A stretch of 64,000 bases of DNA. Origin: a virus. Taxonomy: Duplodnaviria > Caudoviricetes. The stretch lies in IMG/VR virus record IMGVR_UViG_3300025154_001556, one strand, 5' to 3'. Below are positions 36,773-45,423 of this stretch, piece by piece; position 1 is the stretch's first letter, and every line of letters begins with the position of its first letter. The position numbers were made by a program, and so were the translations under genes. Under the pieces are notes generated by a model. The model did not search any database. It was not told the DNA's origin and was given only the letters and a program-made list of their open reading frames with translations.

Positions 36773-38563
36773 TTACACCCTTGTATTAATACTCCAACCT
36801 TTGTAGTGTTCTGCAGTCATCGTAGCACCCAGATCTGGATTTCTTATGTAATTACGCCATGTGGCATCTACCACACCATCTTTTGTGACATACCAGAAAT
36901 CTTCTACATAGTTGTAATTATCTTTAAGTGGTACTCTTTCATCTATTGCTAAGTCAGTGGCGTAGTATGAACCCTCTATCGGCACCCATTCACCATCGTC
37001 CCGTTTGAATGCTCCCCAACCATGTCCCGCTATGGAGCTACTTGACATAGCCCCTGTGCCGGCTTTAACTAAACCACCATACATTCTTAAACGTGAGGGG
37101 TCTACACCGGAATGTAATGCCAAACTTGTTATAAGGAAAGCCATATCCTCACAATTATGGCATATATGACCAAACTTACTTACGAACGTATGAGTATCAG
37201 CCACCATAAAGTCACGAGTATTGGTGCTGCCCATAGGTTTAACACTGTGTATGGACACTTCGCTTATACCGTCGTACCCGTAGTCCTTTGCAAAATAGCT
37301 ATTAGAGTTATAACTAAGTCGCCATATGGGTTTGTTGCCCACCCCTTTATGGTCTTTTTGTAACCACATATGAATAGGTATGCCCAACTGCATGTGCAGT
37401 CTCTGTAGGTCGTAAGCTAACTTGTACGAGCTAGTTGAATAGGTCTTTTCTTTGTTAGAGTTTTCAGCATATTTTGAGTAATGACCATCCCCAAGAAAGT
37501 GTCCATTTATTATAGCATATAGTTTATTCGCTGGCAAGTAAAATAGTTCTTCCGGTATATTAATATCAAAACTATTGACTTTACAAAGCCTTAAATACTG
37601 CTTCAACTTTGAGCTCAAAAAATTAAGGTAGGGCACACCACTGTTATTAGTAGTAATACTATATGGTATGTTATATTTATCCAAAATAGGTACTATACTT
37701 GTGGGTACATCATAACCACTTGTTCTAACGTGACTACGGTCTGTATCACCTTCAGCTAAAAAATGCCCTATAACAAAACATAAATCTTCGGTAAGCCAGT
37801 CAATGTCTTTAATTACATATGGTAGTTTTTTAACACAAGGTATTTTACGTTTCCACCACCTGCTAAGGTCTATATCACATAGCTTAGTTTTCTCATAGTC
37901 AGAATACTTTTGTACACGCCTAGTCCAGAAAGGGTGGTCCTCTGTCACGTCTATCCAGGTACCATTAGTAAATTTCACCCTAAAAATAGGTAGATTTCCC
38001 TTCTCCCATATTTTAAGCACAGGTTTATAACAATAACTTTTTTTGTTAAAGTCATAAGATAGAACTATGTCCCCTACTTGTAAAGCGCCTACTTCTTTGA
38101 GGCCATCCTTTGTCCAAATTTCCTCATAGTTAGCAGTACAATCCCCGTCCTTATGTAAAAGCGTCTCTGTTGGGTAAGCCCAGTACTCATCGGGGCCGTA
38201 GTTCATGTCATCAGTTTGATAAGTAATATTGCTATTTACCCATTGTTCAACAGCATACATTTTTTCAGTATCTGTTGTAGTGCCTTTGGTTATTTCTGCA
38301 GCGAGTTTAAATAATCTGGTATTGGGATATTCAAAGTATTTATTGTAGTCCAAATCTTGGCCGGCGGCTTTACCACTAACCGCACCATTAAAACGCAAAA
38401 GTGCCACATCAAGAGCTGATTTTGTGTTCATCAGGTCTTGTATAAAGGCACTTGCTGAGTTGGGTTCTGTTTTAAAACTATCCCAAATGGTGGCGGATTT
38501 CCAATTATTGATTTGAGGTAGTAACTCAGATATAAAATTAGATACGCTACTGATTGAAGACAT
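36773..38563 (-). CDS. Transglutaminase-like cysteine proteinase (267 aa after splicing) containing an intein
   Basis: Spliced V...I.Y..D...YG..EYWA.P.ETL..K.GD|CEDMA; GHGW; W...E. Confidence 0.85.
   Translation of the reverse strand: MSSISSVSNFISELLPQINNWKSATIWDSFKTEPNSASAFIQDLMNTKSALDVALLRFNGAVSGKAAGQDLDYNKYFEYPNTRLFKLAAEITKGTTTDTEKMYAVEQWVNSNITYQTDDMNYGPDEYWAYPTETLLHKDGDCTANYEEIWTKDGLKEVGALQVGDIVLSYDFNKKSYCYKPVLKIWEKGNLPIFRVKFTNGTWIDVTEDHPFWTRRVQKYSDYEKTKLCDIDLSRWWKRKIPCVKKLPYVIKDIDWLTEDLCFVIGHFLAEGDTDRSHVRTSGYDVPTSIVPILDKYNIPYSITTNNSGVPYLNFLSSKLKQYLRLCKVNSFDINIPEELFYLPANKLYAIINGHFLGDGHYSKYAENSNKEKTYSTSSYKLAYDLQRLHMQLGIPIHMWLQKDHKGVGNKPIWRLSYNSNSYFAKDYGYDGISEVSIHSVKPMGSTNTRDFMVADTHTFVSKFGHICHNCEDMAFLITSLALHSGVDPSRLRMYGGLVKAGTGAMSSSSIAGHGWGAFKRDDGEWVPIEGSYYATDLAIDERVPLKDNYNYVEDFWYVTKDGVVDATWRNYIRNPDLGATMTAEHYKGWSINTRV
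37154..38140 (-). mobile_element. Intein (329 aa) with LAGLIDADG endonuclease
   Basis: Starts C142; TEDHPF (block B); GHFLAEG and GHFLGDG; ends HTFV..GHICHN followed by Cys. Confidence 0.93.
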
Positions 38564-38876
38564 ATTAAATCCTTATATCTAAGATAGTTCCTTTGTTTGT
38601 AGCAGTTGGACAGGCTTCTTTGGGGCCTTTCGAAAAAACTTTCGTAAGCTTCTTTTTATTTTTCTTTTCAATCTCTTTAAGTTCATCTACCGTCATTAAG
38701 GATGTTTTTTGCATTATTGGGGTTGTAAGCATTGTGCATCCTCCCTTTTGTAAGACAGGTGCGCATAGCTATTTGAAAGGCGGACCAGTCTTTTAACATA
38801 AAAATAGTGTGCTTACAATACGAAATTTCTTTATCTATAATCATTTATCTACCTTGTAGTTAAGTAAAGTCTATAC

Positions 38877-39536
38877 CTATTTAATTTTTCGTCCTCTAAC
38901 CCAACCCAAATTTTCCAACGTATTAAGTTCTTCTTTGTTTATGGACCTACTTTCATGAGTGTAAGGGCAGTAAATCCACACGGTACCATAGCGAGAATTA
39001 AGTTGTCCTGCTTGCTTTATTGAGTTTTTTCTACCAATTATATTCTTAGTTTCTTGTGTATGCTTTTTACCGTAAAAAGCGTTTTTAGTCCCTTTATGCT
39101 TACCGGTATGGGATTTACTAATTTTATCTTTATACTTTTCCCATCTGCCAGAAGCTATTAAAAGTGTCTTTAATTTATTACCACACACTAAATTTTCTTG
39201 CCCATAACCTTTTTGGCCATTTTTCCCATATAAATTTAATTTGAATTCATTTATGGTAGCTATATTTTTATAGCCGCCCTCAATTAAATTATATGTAAAT
39301 GGGTGTTTAACAAAGTCTTTGTTTACTAAGATTTCTTCAAGCTCCGACATGTCCTCGTGATTATCAAATACGGCCAGGATGTCTTTTTTAAAATTTTGTA
39401 TACCGTATTTTCGTTGAGCGGCTATAAGATGCCGCCCTGAACCCATATATGTGTCATCAACATGCGCAGTTCTATGGCAACCTATATAAATTTTATTATT
39501 AATGATGTTTGTTATTTTATATACAACATAAAACAT
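38877..39536 (-). mobile_element. Free-standing GIY-YIG homing endonuclease with NUMOD3-like motif
   Basis: VYKITNIINNKIYIG.H...Y.GSG; N.FYGKKHT.ETK; start 39536 preferred over 39638. Confidence 0.88.
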
Positions 39537-39595
39537 ATAATAATTCCTGACACTTAAATAAAAAATTATTGTATTTGTATAAACATAATAATAAG

Positions 39596-39681
39596 TGGAG
39601 CCTAGAGAGGGATTCGAACCCCCGATGTGTTTTACCACGACAGCTTACAAAACTGCTGCTATACCCCTTAGCGATCTAGGC
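39596..39681 (-). tRNA. tRNA-Thr(UGU) with an atypical long variable arm
   Basis: GCCTAGA/TCTAGGC, U73, encoded CCA; GCAGT-TTTGTAA-GCTGT; 16-nt variable region; GGGGG-TTCGAAT-CCCTC. Confidence 0.78.
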
Positions 39682-39682
39682 C

Positions 39683-39703
39683 TATATATATATATATATA
39701 TAT
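39683..39703. repeat. (TA)n microsatellite between two tRNA genes
   Basis: About 10 TA units. Confidence 0.8.
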
Positions 39704-39719
39704 TAAAGTTAGTTAAAAT

Positions 39720-39794
39720 TGGTAGCGGCAGTAGGACTCGAACCTACATAACCAGGGATATGAACCCTGTGAGAAGCCTTTTCTCGATGCCGCG
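39720..39794 (-). tRNA. Initiator tRNA-fMet(CAU)
   Basis: C1:U72 mismatch, A11-U24, three G-C pairs in anticodon stem CAGGG-TTCATAT-CCCTG, encoded CCA. Confidence 0.88.
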
Positions 39795-39804
39795 ACACAT
39801 TTTA

Positions 39805-40107
39805 TTATTTATTTCTTGTAAAAAATAAATGATTAAAAAACTCAAAGTTTATTTTTTGAAGATACTCTGAGGGTGATTCAATATCAAGACCAAGTTGTTT
39901 TACTATTTCACTGGTTACTTCCTCGTCTTGTAAATATTGTTGGTTAAAATTATAAAACTCATACAAATCTTCGTCAGATAAACCGTTCATGTGTTCCTTC
40001 CATGCTGCTTGACAAGTAGGGCAAACATAAGAAGAGTCTTCATTATTATTAATACAATTAGGATCTGAACATTCAGGGTGAAAATCTAAAAAGTCGGGTG
40101 CGAACAT
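39805..40107 (-). CDS. Hypothetical acidic protein with Cys motif
   Basis: ORF track; C...C...CPTC. Confidence 0.55.
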   Translation of the reverse strand: MFAPDFLDFHPECSDPNCINNNEDSSYVCPTCQAAWKEHMNGLSDEDLYEFYNFNQQYLQDEEVTSEIVKQLGLDIESPSEYLQKINFEFFNHLFFTRNK

Positions 40108-40110
40108 GTA

Positions 40111-40383
40111 TTAATCCTCTATAATAGTACTGTTGGTATTATTAATTTGTTTACCATAAACTAACATATTTGGTAGTACTTCATCATTATTACTCATTGT
40201 GATTAAATCGTCTTCTAACGATTGTGTCCAATAAGGTTTACTTCGTAAATAAATTATTGCCGCTGCGTAATCTCGGCCAATCCCAAGTTCTTGTTCAACT
40301 TCTTTAATTCTACTAAAAAAAATTCTATGGTTACTAATAGCTGCTGAGTCTAATGTGTTTAGAGTTTCTTCTATTCTAGCCAT
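40111..40383 (-). CDS. Hypothetical protein
   Basis: ORF track. Confidence 0.55.
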   Translation of the reverse strand: MARIEETLNTLDSAAISNHRIFFSRIKEVEQELGIGRDYAAAIIYLRSKPYWTQSLEDDLITMSNNDEVLPNMLVYGKQINNTNSTIIED

Positions 40384-40450
40384 GTCTGTAATTTCCTCGC
40401 TCCTATTTAGTTTTTAATAATTCTTATCCTTAACTACTAAACTTGTTAAT

Positions 40451-40479
40451 AGTATAACATGTATTAACTGAGTTGTCAC
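40451..40479 (-). promoter_or_regulatory. Sigma70-type promoter
   Basis: GTGACA-17 bp-TATACT. Confidence 0.55.
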
Positions 40480-40482
40480 TAC

Positions 40483-40908
40483 TTATTTTATAGTTAGTTT
40501 AATACCCATAGTATTTAAATAAAATACATACTCATCCAAGCTGTTTAAATTGTTTAACAACTCGTTGTGCTTTTTACATTCTTTTATATGCTTGTAAGTA
40601 TCGTCGCAACGACAAGTTTTACCACATAGTTTACATCCACAATACTCCACGGGATAATTACCCTCTATACCCCAGCTACCACCATTATAGTATTCATACT
40701 TGGTTTCAGTATTTTCAAAAAGCAGTGTAGGTAATTTTCTAAAAGCTACACTATCTGGGTAATTATCAAACAACTTGTGTGACCAGTGTGGAACTAATGC
40801 TTCTATAATAGCAGCCTGGTTACTGTAAGATAAAGTGTCAAACAACAGCATTACTATATTTTTAAGTTCTGCTTGCTCAAACAATGTTTCTTTTGTGGGT
40901 ATGGCCAT
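40483..40908 (-). CDS. Hypothetical protein with Zn-binding motif
   Basis: CKLCGK...HIKEC..H. Confidence 0.6.
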   Translation of the reverse strand: MAIPTKETLFEQAELKNIVMLLFDTLSYSNQAAIIEALVPHWSHKLFDNYPDSVAFRKLPTLLFENTETKYEYYNGGSWGIEGNYPVEYCGCKLCGKTCRCDDTYKHIKECKKHNELLNNLNSLDEYVFYLNTMGIKLTIK

Positions 40909-40924
40909 AATTTACCTCAATTGT

Positions 40925-41176
40925 TTAGTACTCTACTGTGTAACTTTCAACAAATAATATTGATCTAACTGGTATTAACATTTTACCTACTTCTATAAAA
41001 GTGTTATCATTATTATGGTCAGCTATTACTTCTAATGGGTCACAATTTTGATTCCTGGATCTGCCCGAATCACGTGAAATAGACAAATAAGTACATGTAG
41101 TGCCTAGTAAATCTACTTCTAAACCATTAAGTAAAACCAATTTATAAGCATACATTCCATAGCTCCTTATTATCAA
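40925..41176 (-). CDS. Hypothetical protein
   Basis: ORF track. Confidence 0.5.
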   Translation of the reverse strand: MIIRSYGMYAYKLVLLNGLEVDLLGTTCTYLSISRDSGRSRNQNCDPLEVIADHNNDNTFIEVGKMLIPVRSILFVESYTVEY

Positions 41177-41385
41177 ACTTTAATTAGATCTGGCTCTTTT
41201 AAACCCCAACATTCTAATTCGAACTCGTATAAATAGCCTATCACTTCTTCTGACTCGTTAGGATGTTCTAATTTAATTTCTTCTAATGTTTTAGGGCGAT
41301 ATTCTCCAGGCTTATCACCGTAAGTTTGTTTCATTAATGCTTCATCTCGTTCTTCACATAAACGCATAAACCAGTTTTTAAGCAT
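41173..41385 (-). CDS. Hypothetical protein
   Basis: AAGGAG RBS; ORF track. Confidence 0.55.
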   Translation of the reverse strand: MLKNWFMRLCEERDEALMKQTYGDKPGEYRPKTLEEIKLEHPNESEEVIGYLYEFELECWGLKEPDLIKV

Positions 41386-41405
41386 CTTGTCTCCTTTAAA
41401 GCGTC

Positions 41406-41490
41406 CCCTCTTCCAAAGTCTATCGAAGTCACTCGATGTTGCTCTGATGACTAGTCAGAACCGGGATGTTTATCCCGCTAAGGAAGAGGG
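41406..41490 (-). ncRNA. Cloverleaf-like structured RNA candidate (not a canonical tRNA)
   Basis: 9-bp closing stem CCCTCTTCC/GGAAGAGGG around three perfect hairpins. Confidence 0.55.
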
Positions 41491-41496
41491 TTGTTG

Positions 41497-41578
41497 TGGA
41501 GAGTGATGGAGTCGAACCACCCGAGCTTCCGCATCTGATTTACAGTCAGACCCGCTGCCATCTACGGTATAACTCTCC
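41497..41578 (-). tRNA. tRNA-Tyr(GUA)
   Basis: GGAGAGT/ACTCTCC, A73; TCTGA-CTGTAAA-TCAGA; long variable arm; GGTTCGACTCC. Confidence 0.92.
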
Positions 41579-41592
41579 CTTTTATGCTTAGT

Positions 41593-41621
41593 ATTATAGC
41601 ATAAAATTATTTAACTGTCAA
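41593..41621 (-). promoter_or_regulatory. Consensus sigma70 promoter for tRNA-Tyr
   Basis: TTGACA-17 bp-TATAAT, perfect consensus. Confidence 0.85.
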
Positions 41622-41898
41622 TAGCTTCTTCTAATATTAAAGTTTCTAATAATGGAGGCAGTTGATTAAAAGAATTTAAAACTACCTCCCCAGTAGCTAC
41701 ATTTTTTGTTTCTATATACGTAGAATACGTAGTACCTCTATTAGAGCCCGCGTGTTTAATTGGGACAGAAAATGTTATTTTATCTCCAATTTTCAGATCT
41801 TTAAATAAACGGGCCTTAGTTTTACGTAGAATTTTTGCTACTACTAATATGTTGCTTTTTAATAGTATATCATTCATTTTATACTCCTTAATAAACAT
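41611..41898 (-). CDS. Hypothetical protein
   Basis: ORF track. Confidence 0.55.
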   Translation of the reverse strand: MFIKEYKMNDILLKSNILVVAKILRKTKARLFKDLKIGDKITFSVPIKHAGSNRGTTYSTYIETKNVATGEVVLNSFNQLPPLLETLILEEAIDS

Positions 41899-41925
41899 AT
41901 TACTTTATTGTGGTATATGTTTATT

Positions 41926-41954
41926 AGTATACCATACGCTGTAATCATTGTCAA
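41926..41954 (-). promoter_or_regulatory. Sigma70-type promoter
   Basis: TTGACA-17 bp-TATACT. Confidence 0.75.
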
Positions 41955-41955
41955 C

Positions 41956-42459
41956 CTAAAATCTTTTTGGTATTAAATTAGAGTTGTCCGGTCTATTAGC
42001 CATTATCTCCGTAAGCTTGGTAAAAGATACGGGATAAAAATTATTGTTATCTACACCAACATCCCAACTCTTACCAATAGGAGGTAGTTTGCCATGACTG
42101 TGCCCGTAAAGATTCCAACTATTATAGTGACTCGCATTCCATACTCGTAAACTATAATGAGAACAAACTATCTTCTGTCCTTCAATAGTACGTTCCCAAA
42201 TATCACCATAGAATTTATCCTTTTTATGGTCGTGATTACCGCGAATAAAGACGTGGCTACCATTAAGTTGTCGCACATATTTCTCACGTGGCTGAAAGCT
42301 AAAATCACCGACGTGGATAACCACATCTCCATCCTTAACTACTTCATTGTGTCTACGTATAATTTCATCATTCATTTCTTGCGCTGTACTAAAAGGCCTC
42401 GCACAGTACCTAATGATATTGAAATGACCGTAATGACAATCCCCGCTAAAAAAATACAT
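41956..42459 (-). CDS. Calcineurin-like metallophosphoesterase
   Basis: GDCHYGH, HVGDF, IRGNHD, SHY, LYGHSH, DVGVD. Confidence 0.9.
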   Translation of the reverse strand: MYFFSGDCHYGHFNIIRYCARPFSTAQEMNDEIIRRHNEVVKDGDVVIHVGDFSFQPREKYVRQLNGSHVFIRGNHDHKKDKFYGDIWERTIEGQKIVCSHYSLRVWNASHYNSWNLYGHSHGKLPPIGKSWDVGVDNNNFYPVSFTKLTEIMANRPDNSNLIPKRF

Positions 42460-42462
42460 AGC

Positions 42463-43098
42463 TTAATACCTCATCCACTGTTTTTTCTTTTTTGTACAAT
42501 CTTTCCAACAAGTAGAATGAAAGTCACTTCTATATGTATCATCCCACGAATTAGCTAAATTCATTAAATTCCTACAAGCACGTACATAGGGAGCATGTCC
42601 ACAACTTAAACGCCGTTCTTGTGTTGTTTTAGGGCGTCTATAATAGTGGCTAAAATGCCATTTTCTTTTGCCTGTATAAGGGACAGGCCCATTACGGAAA
42701 CCTAACCACTCATACTCTTTAAACCTGTTACGTTTAGTATACTTTTTAGGCACGTAGTTGTCAAGATCTTTTTCTATTTGTTCTGTATTTATTACTCTAA
42801 AATTAGCATCCAGAAGTAGGAAATCAACGGTGCTTCTTATATCTTTACCTATCCAACTTCCTGTCTTTATAGGCTCAAAATAAATATAAGTGTCATTCCA
42901 GTTGTTGCCAATATTTTGTGATAACTCCTTAGCAATACTTTTTGGGCGAAAATATTCACGTAATGTTTTTCTGTTAGGATCACGCCATTGGCGTTTGCGG
43001 TATCTAGCTAATAAAAAGTCTGTGTAAGATTTGAACTCCTCATAGTTGTTATCCCTATCAACCAAATAAACTCTTTCATCTTTATTAATTGTGTGCAT
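42463..43098 (-). CDS. Conserved phage hypothetical protein
   Basis: RRPKTTQERR...VR..R...L.NSWDD...WKD.TK.KKQW. Confidence 0.65.
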   Translation of the reverse strand: MHTINKDERVYLVDRDNNYEEFKSYTDFLLARYRKRQWRDPNRKTLREYFRPKSIAKELSQNIGNNWNDTYIYFEPIKTGSWIGKDIRSTVDFLLLDANFRVINTEQIEKDLDNYVPKKYTKRNRFKEYEWLGFRNGPVPYTGKRKWHFSHYYRRPKTTQERRLSCGHAPYVRACRNLMNLANSWDDTYRSDFHSTCWKDCTKKKKQWMRY

Positions 43099-43208
43099 TT
43101 AGATTCTCCTTTAAGTTAAATTAATAAACTTAAAGGATATCTTGTACGTAATAATATAATATTTTATATTTCATAATGTTAATTTATTTCCAGTGTAAAA
43201 TATTAGAT

Positions 43209-43302
<94 letters not shown>

Positions 43303-43318
43303 ATAGTCAATAAAATTG

Positions 43319-43401
43319 CGGAAAAGGTAGGATTCGAACCTACGGAACTTTCGCTCAACGGTTTTCAAGACCGCCGCCTTCAGCCACTCGGCCACTTTTC
43401 C
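43319..43401 (-). tRNA. tRNA-Ser(UGA)
   Basis: GGAAAAG/CTTTTCC, G73; GCGGT-CTTGAAA-ACCGT; long variable arm. Confidence 0.93.
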
Positions 43402-43476
43402 TATTTAATAAATAATAAGATGACCACAGTCTAACCACCACGGTCATCTTATTATTTATTTTAATCTATGCTAATA

Positions 43477-44319
43477 CTATTTTAATGTATGACACTTAGT
43501 ACAAGCAATATTACGTTTTGCATGGGTATCATGAAGCCCACTATTCCAAGTTTTCCTACTGTGACAGGTGCTACATAAGTTTTGCCACGGAGTCATAATA
43601 AAACCAGTAGGGTCAACGGTACCTGTACCAGGAGTAGGGGTAGGGGTAGGGGTAGGGGTGGTGCCTGTGTCCCCGTCAACCCCATCTTTTACCTCACCTG
43701 AGCCCACTGTAACATGGCAGTCCAAGCAGCCCTGATGTATAAGGTATGTTTCTTTCCTAAAACCAGGTGTGGCATGTGGATAGTGGCACATTTTACATGT
43801 TATAATATCCCCTTTTAGCAGTACAGCGATCCCGCCCCCAGATACAATTTCATCACCACTCATAGGGTCTTTAACAAAACCCCCATTTCCGTCGGCTACC
43901 TTTCTACCGTTAAATACGAAATCGTATTGAGCGCAGATAAACTTGTCGAATGCAACCACTGAGTCCTTCCCATTATGACAGTCTCTGCATACACCAACAC
44001 CTTCACGCTTTACTCTCTCGCCATGATTTACTCCATGTGCGTTGCCGGGTGACGGTAAAAACTTAGTAACAGTGTCCGGACATTCTGGACAAACCGGGTC
44101 TGGACATTCTGGACAAACTTGATCTTTACATTCCTCGCACGAAGGACACTCTCTATCTTTACATTCCTCGCACGAAGGACACTCTTTATCTTTAACTTTC
44201 TTTTCTTGTTTGTAAGACTCTCTATCGCGTTTATGCTCATCATCCTTAGCAATAGATGTACCCGCTACCATAAAACTAAAACAGAGTAAGATTGTTATAA
44301 TACTTAACAATTTATTCAT
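43477..44319 (-). CDS. Secreted multiheme cytochrome c (five CxxCH) with Cys-rich repeats and a Pro-Thr linker
   Basis: Signal peptide; CRDCH, CKMCH, CLDCH, CSTCH, CTKCH; GGAGG RBS before ATG 44319. Confidence 0.88.
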   Translation of the reverse strand: MNKLLSIITILLCFSFMVAGTSIAKDDEHKRDRESYKQEKKVKDKECPSCEECKDRECPSCEECKDQVCPECPDPVCPECPDTVTKFLPSPGNAHGVNHGERVKREGVGVCRDCHNGKDSVVAFDKFICAQYDFVFNGRKVADGNGGFVKDPMSGDEIVSGGGIAVLLKGDIITCKMCHYPHATPGFRKETYLIHQGCLDCHVTVGSGEVKDGVDGDTGTTPTPTPTPTPGTGTVDPTGFIMTPWQNLCSTCHSRKTWNSGLHDTHAKRNIACTKCHTLK

Positions 44320-44430
44320 ACATTCCTCCATCGTTTTGTAGTGATTTAATCACTGTTTGTGTTAGGCCTACACACAACAATGGTTAGCTTGCTATGCGTA
44401 GGTATAAAATACTTAACTGTAATTAAGTAA

Positions 44431-44459
44431 AGTATAAGACATTAAATAAAGATTGTCAA
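44431..44459 (-). promoter_or_regulatory. Sigma70-type promoter for the cytochrome gene
   Basis: TTGACA-17 bp-TATACT. Confidence 0.75.
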
Positions 44460-45421
44460 TTACTTTTAAACTTTTTAAGTAAAAATTGTCCGCATGCAGC
44501 CTTTACTTCCGATCCGGTGGATACTTGATATTTTAATTTACTGATATTATCTGAAAGTGTTTTTACTATTGTATTAAAATTTGTTGTTTCTTTAAAAGCA
44601 GATCCATCACAAGTATTAAAACGTAAGATGCGTAATTCTTTGTTGTAATTACTTGGACTATCCATAAAAGAAATAAGTTCCTTAATCTCTTCCAAGGAGT
44701 CATTGCATGACTGTAAAAAAACTTGATGGTATAATACATCAATGCCTTCTAACGCAGAAAGAATATTTAAAGCAGATACAGCTTCTATTATAGGTAGAGT
44801 ACCTGGAATTAAACCACTGCGTGTTTTTTGAAAAGCAGAATGTAATGAGTAAAATAGTCTAAAAGGACTTCTACCATCAATATGTTCTGGATTAATATCA
44901 TATAATTCTAAGGCTGTATTTAATTCTATAAATTTATTAAAATAAATATTTTTTACATTAGGGTATACAGTGGATAAATCCACCCCATCCAAGCCTTTTG
45001 CATAACCGTTAGCAAAAACCCAATTAAGTACATTTATAGAAACTTGATATACAATATCCCCGTATGGTAATGCATCACCCATACCCATCCATGAAAATTT
45101 TATGTATTTGTCTTTAAGCTCAGGTTTGTGTGCTACTTCTGCTGCTATTGCATCTTTAACATTCTGCTCTATTTGTTTAGCGGATAATTTTGTATAACCA
45201 CACTTTTTCACTGTCAGATAACAAAAAGCACAACGCATTGCACACCCTGCTGATACAGAAACAAACACGGAGTATTTATTTCTAGCTGTTGTAGTTACAC
45301 CTACTGTGTTATTACAAGAACTTACAGTTTTTATGGCAGTCTCTGAACCATCGTTGTGTATATATTTAGCCACCTGGTTATCTTTTGTTCTATAAACTTC
45401 CATAATTAACCCCGCTTTCAA
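44456..45421 (-). CDS. RlmN/Cfr-like radical SAM enzyme
   Basis: GCAMRCAFC, MGMGD, STV, SLHSA, C-terminal AACGQ. Confidence 0.85.
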   Translation of the reverse strand: MKAGLIMEVYRTKDNQVAKYIHNDGSETAIKTVSSCNNTVGVTTTARNKYSVFVSVSAGCAMRCAFCYLTVKKCGYTKLSAKQIEQNVKDAIAAEVAHKPELKDKYIKFSWMGMGDALPYGDIVYQVSINVLNWVFANGYAKGLDGVDLSTVYPNVKNIYFNKFIELNTALELYDINPEHIDGRSPFRLFYSLHSAFQKTRSGLIPGTLPIIEAVSALNILSALEGIDVLYHQVFLQSCNDSLEEIKELISFMDSPSNYNKELRILRFNTCDGSAFKETTNFNTIVKTLSDNISKLKYQVSTGSEVKAACGQFLLKKFKSN

Positions 45422-45423
45422 AA

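Noticed and set aside
39683-39703. Phase-variation role for the (TA)n and (ATCT)n (53641-53674) runs
   Set aside because: Both are intergenic and not within a recognisable promoter spacer; no evidence of function.
39595-39828. 77-aa + strand ORF (MEPREGFEPP...)
   Set aside because: Antisense shadow of the tRNA-Thr and tRNA-fMet genes.
44028-44252. 74-aa alternative-frame ORF with internal repeats
   Set aside because: Out-of-frame reading of the cytochrome's Cys-rich tandem repeat.
44332-44430. c-di-GMP-I (GEMM) riboswitch upstream of the cytochrome
   Set aside because: Only a loose ACGCA..GC..CTAA resemblance; the GAAA tetraloop/receptor and P1 elements are not found.
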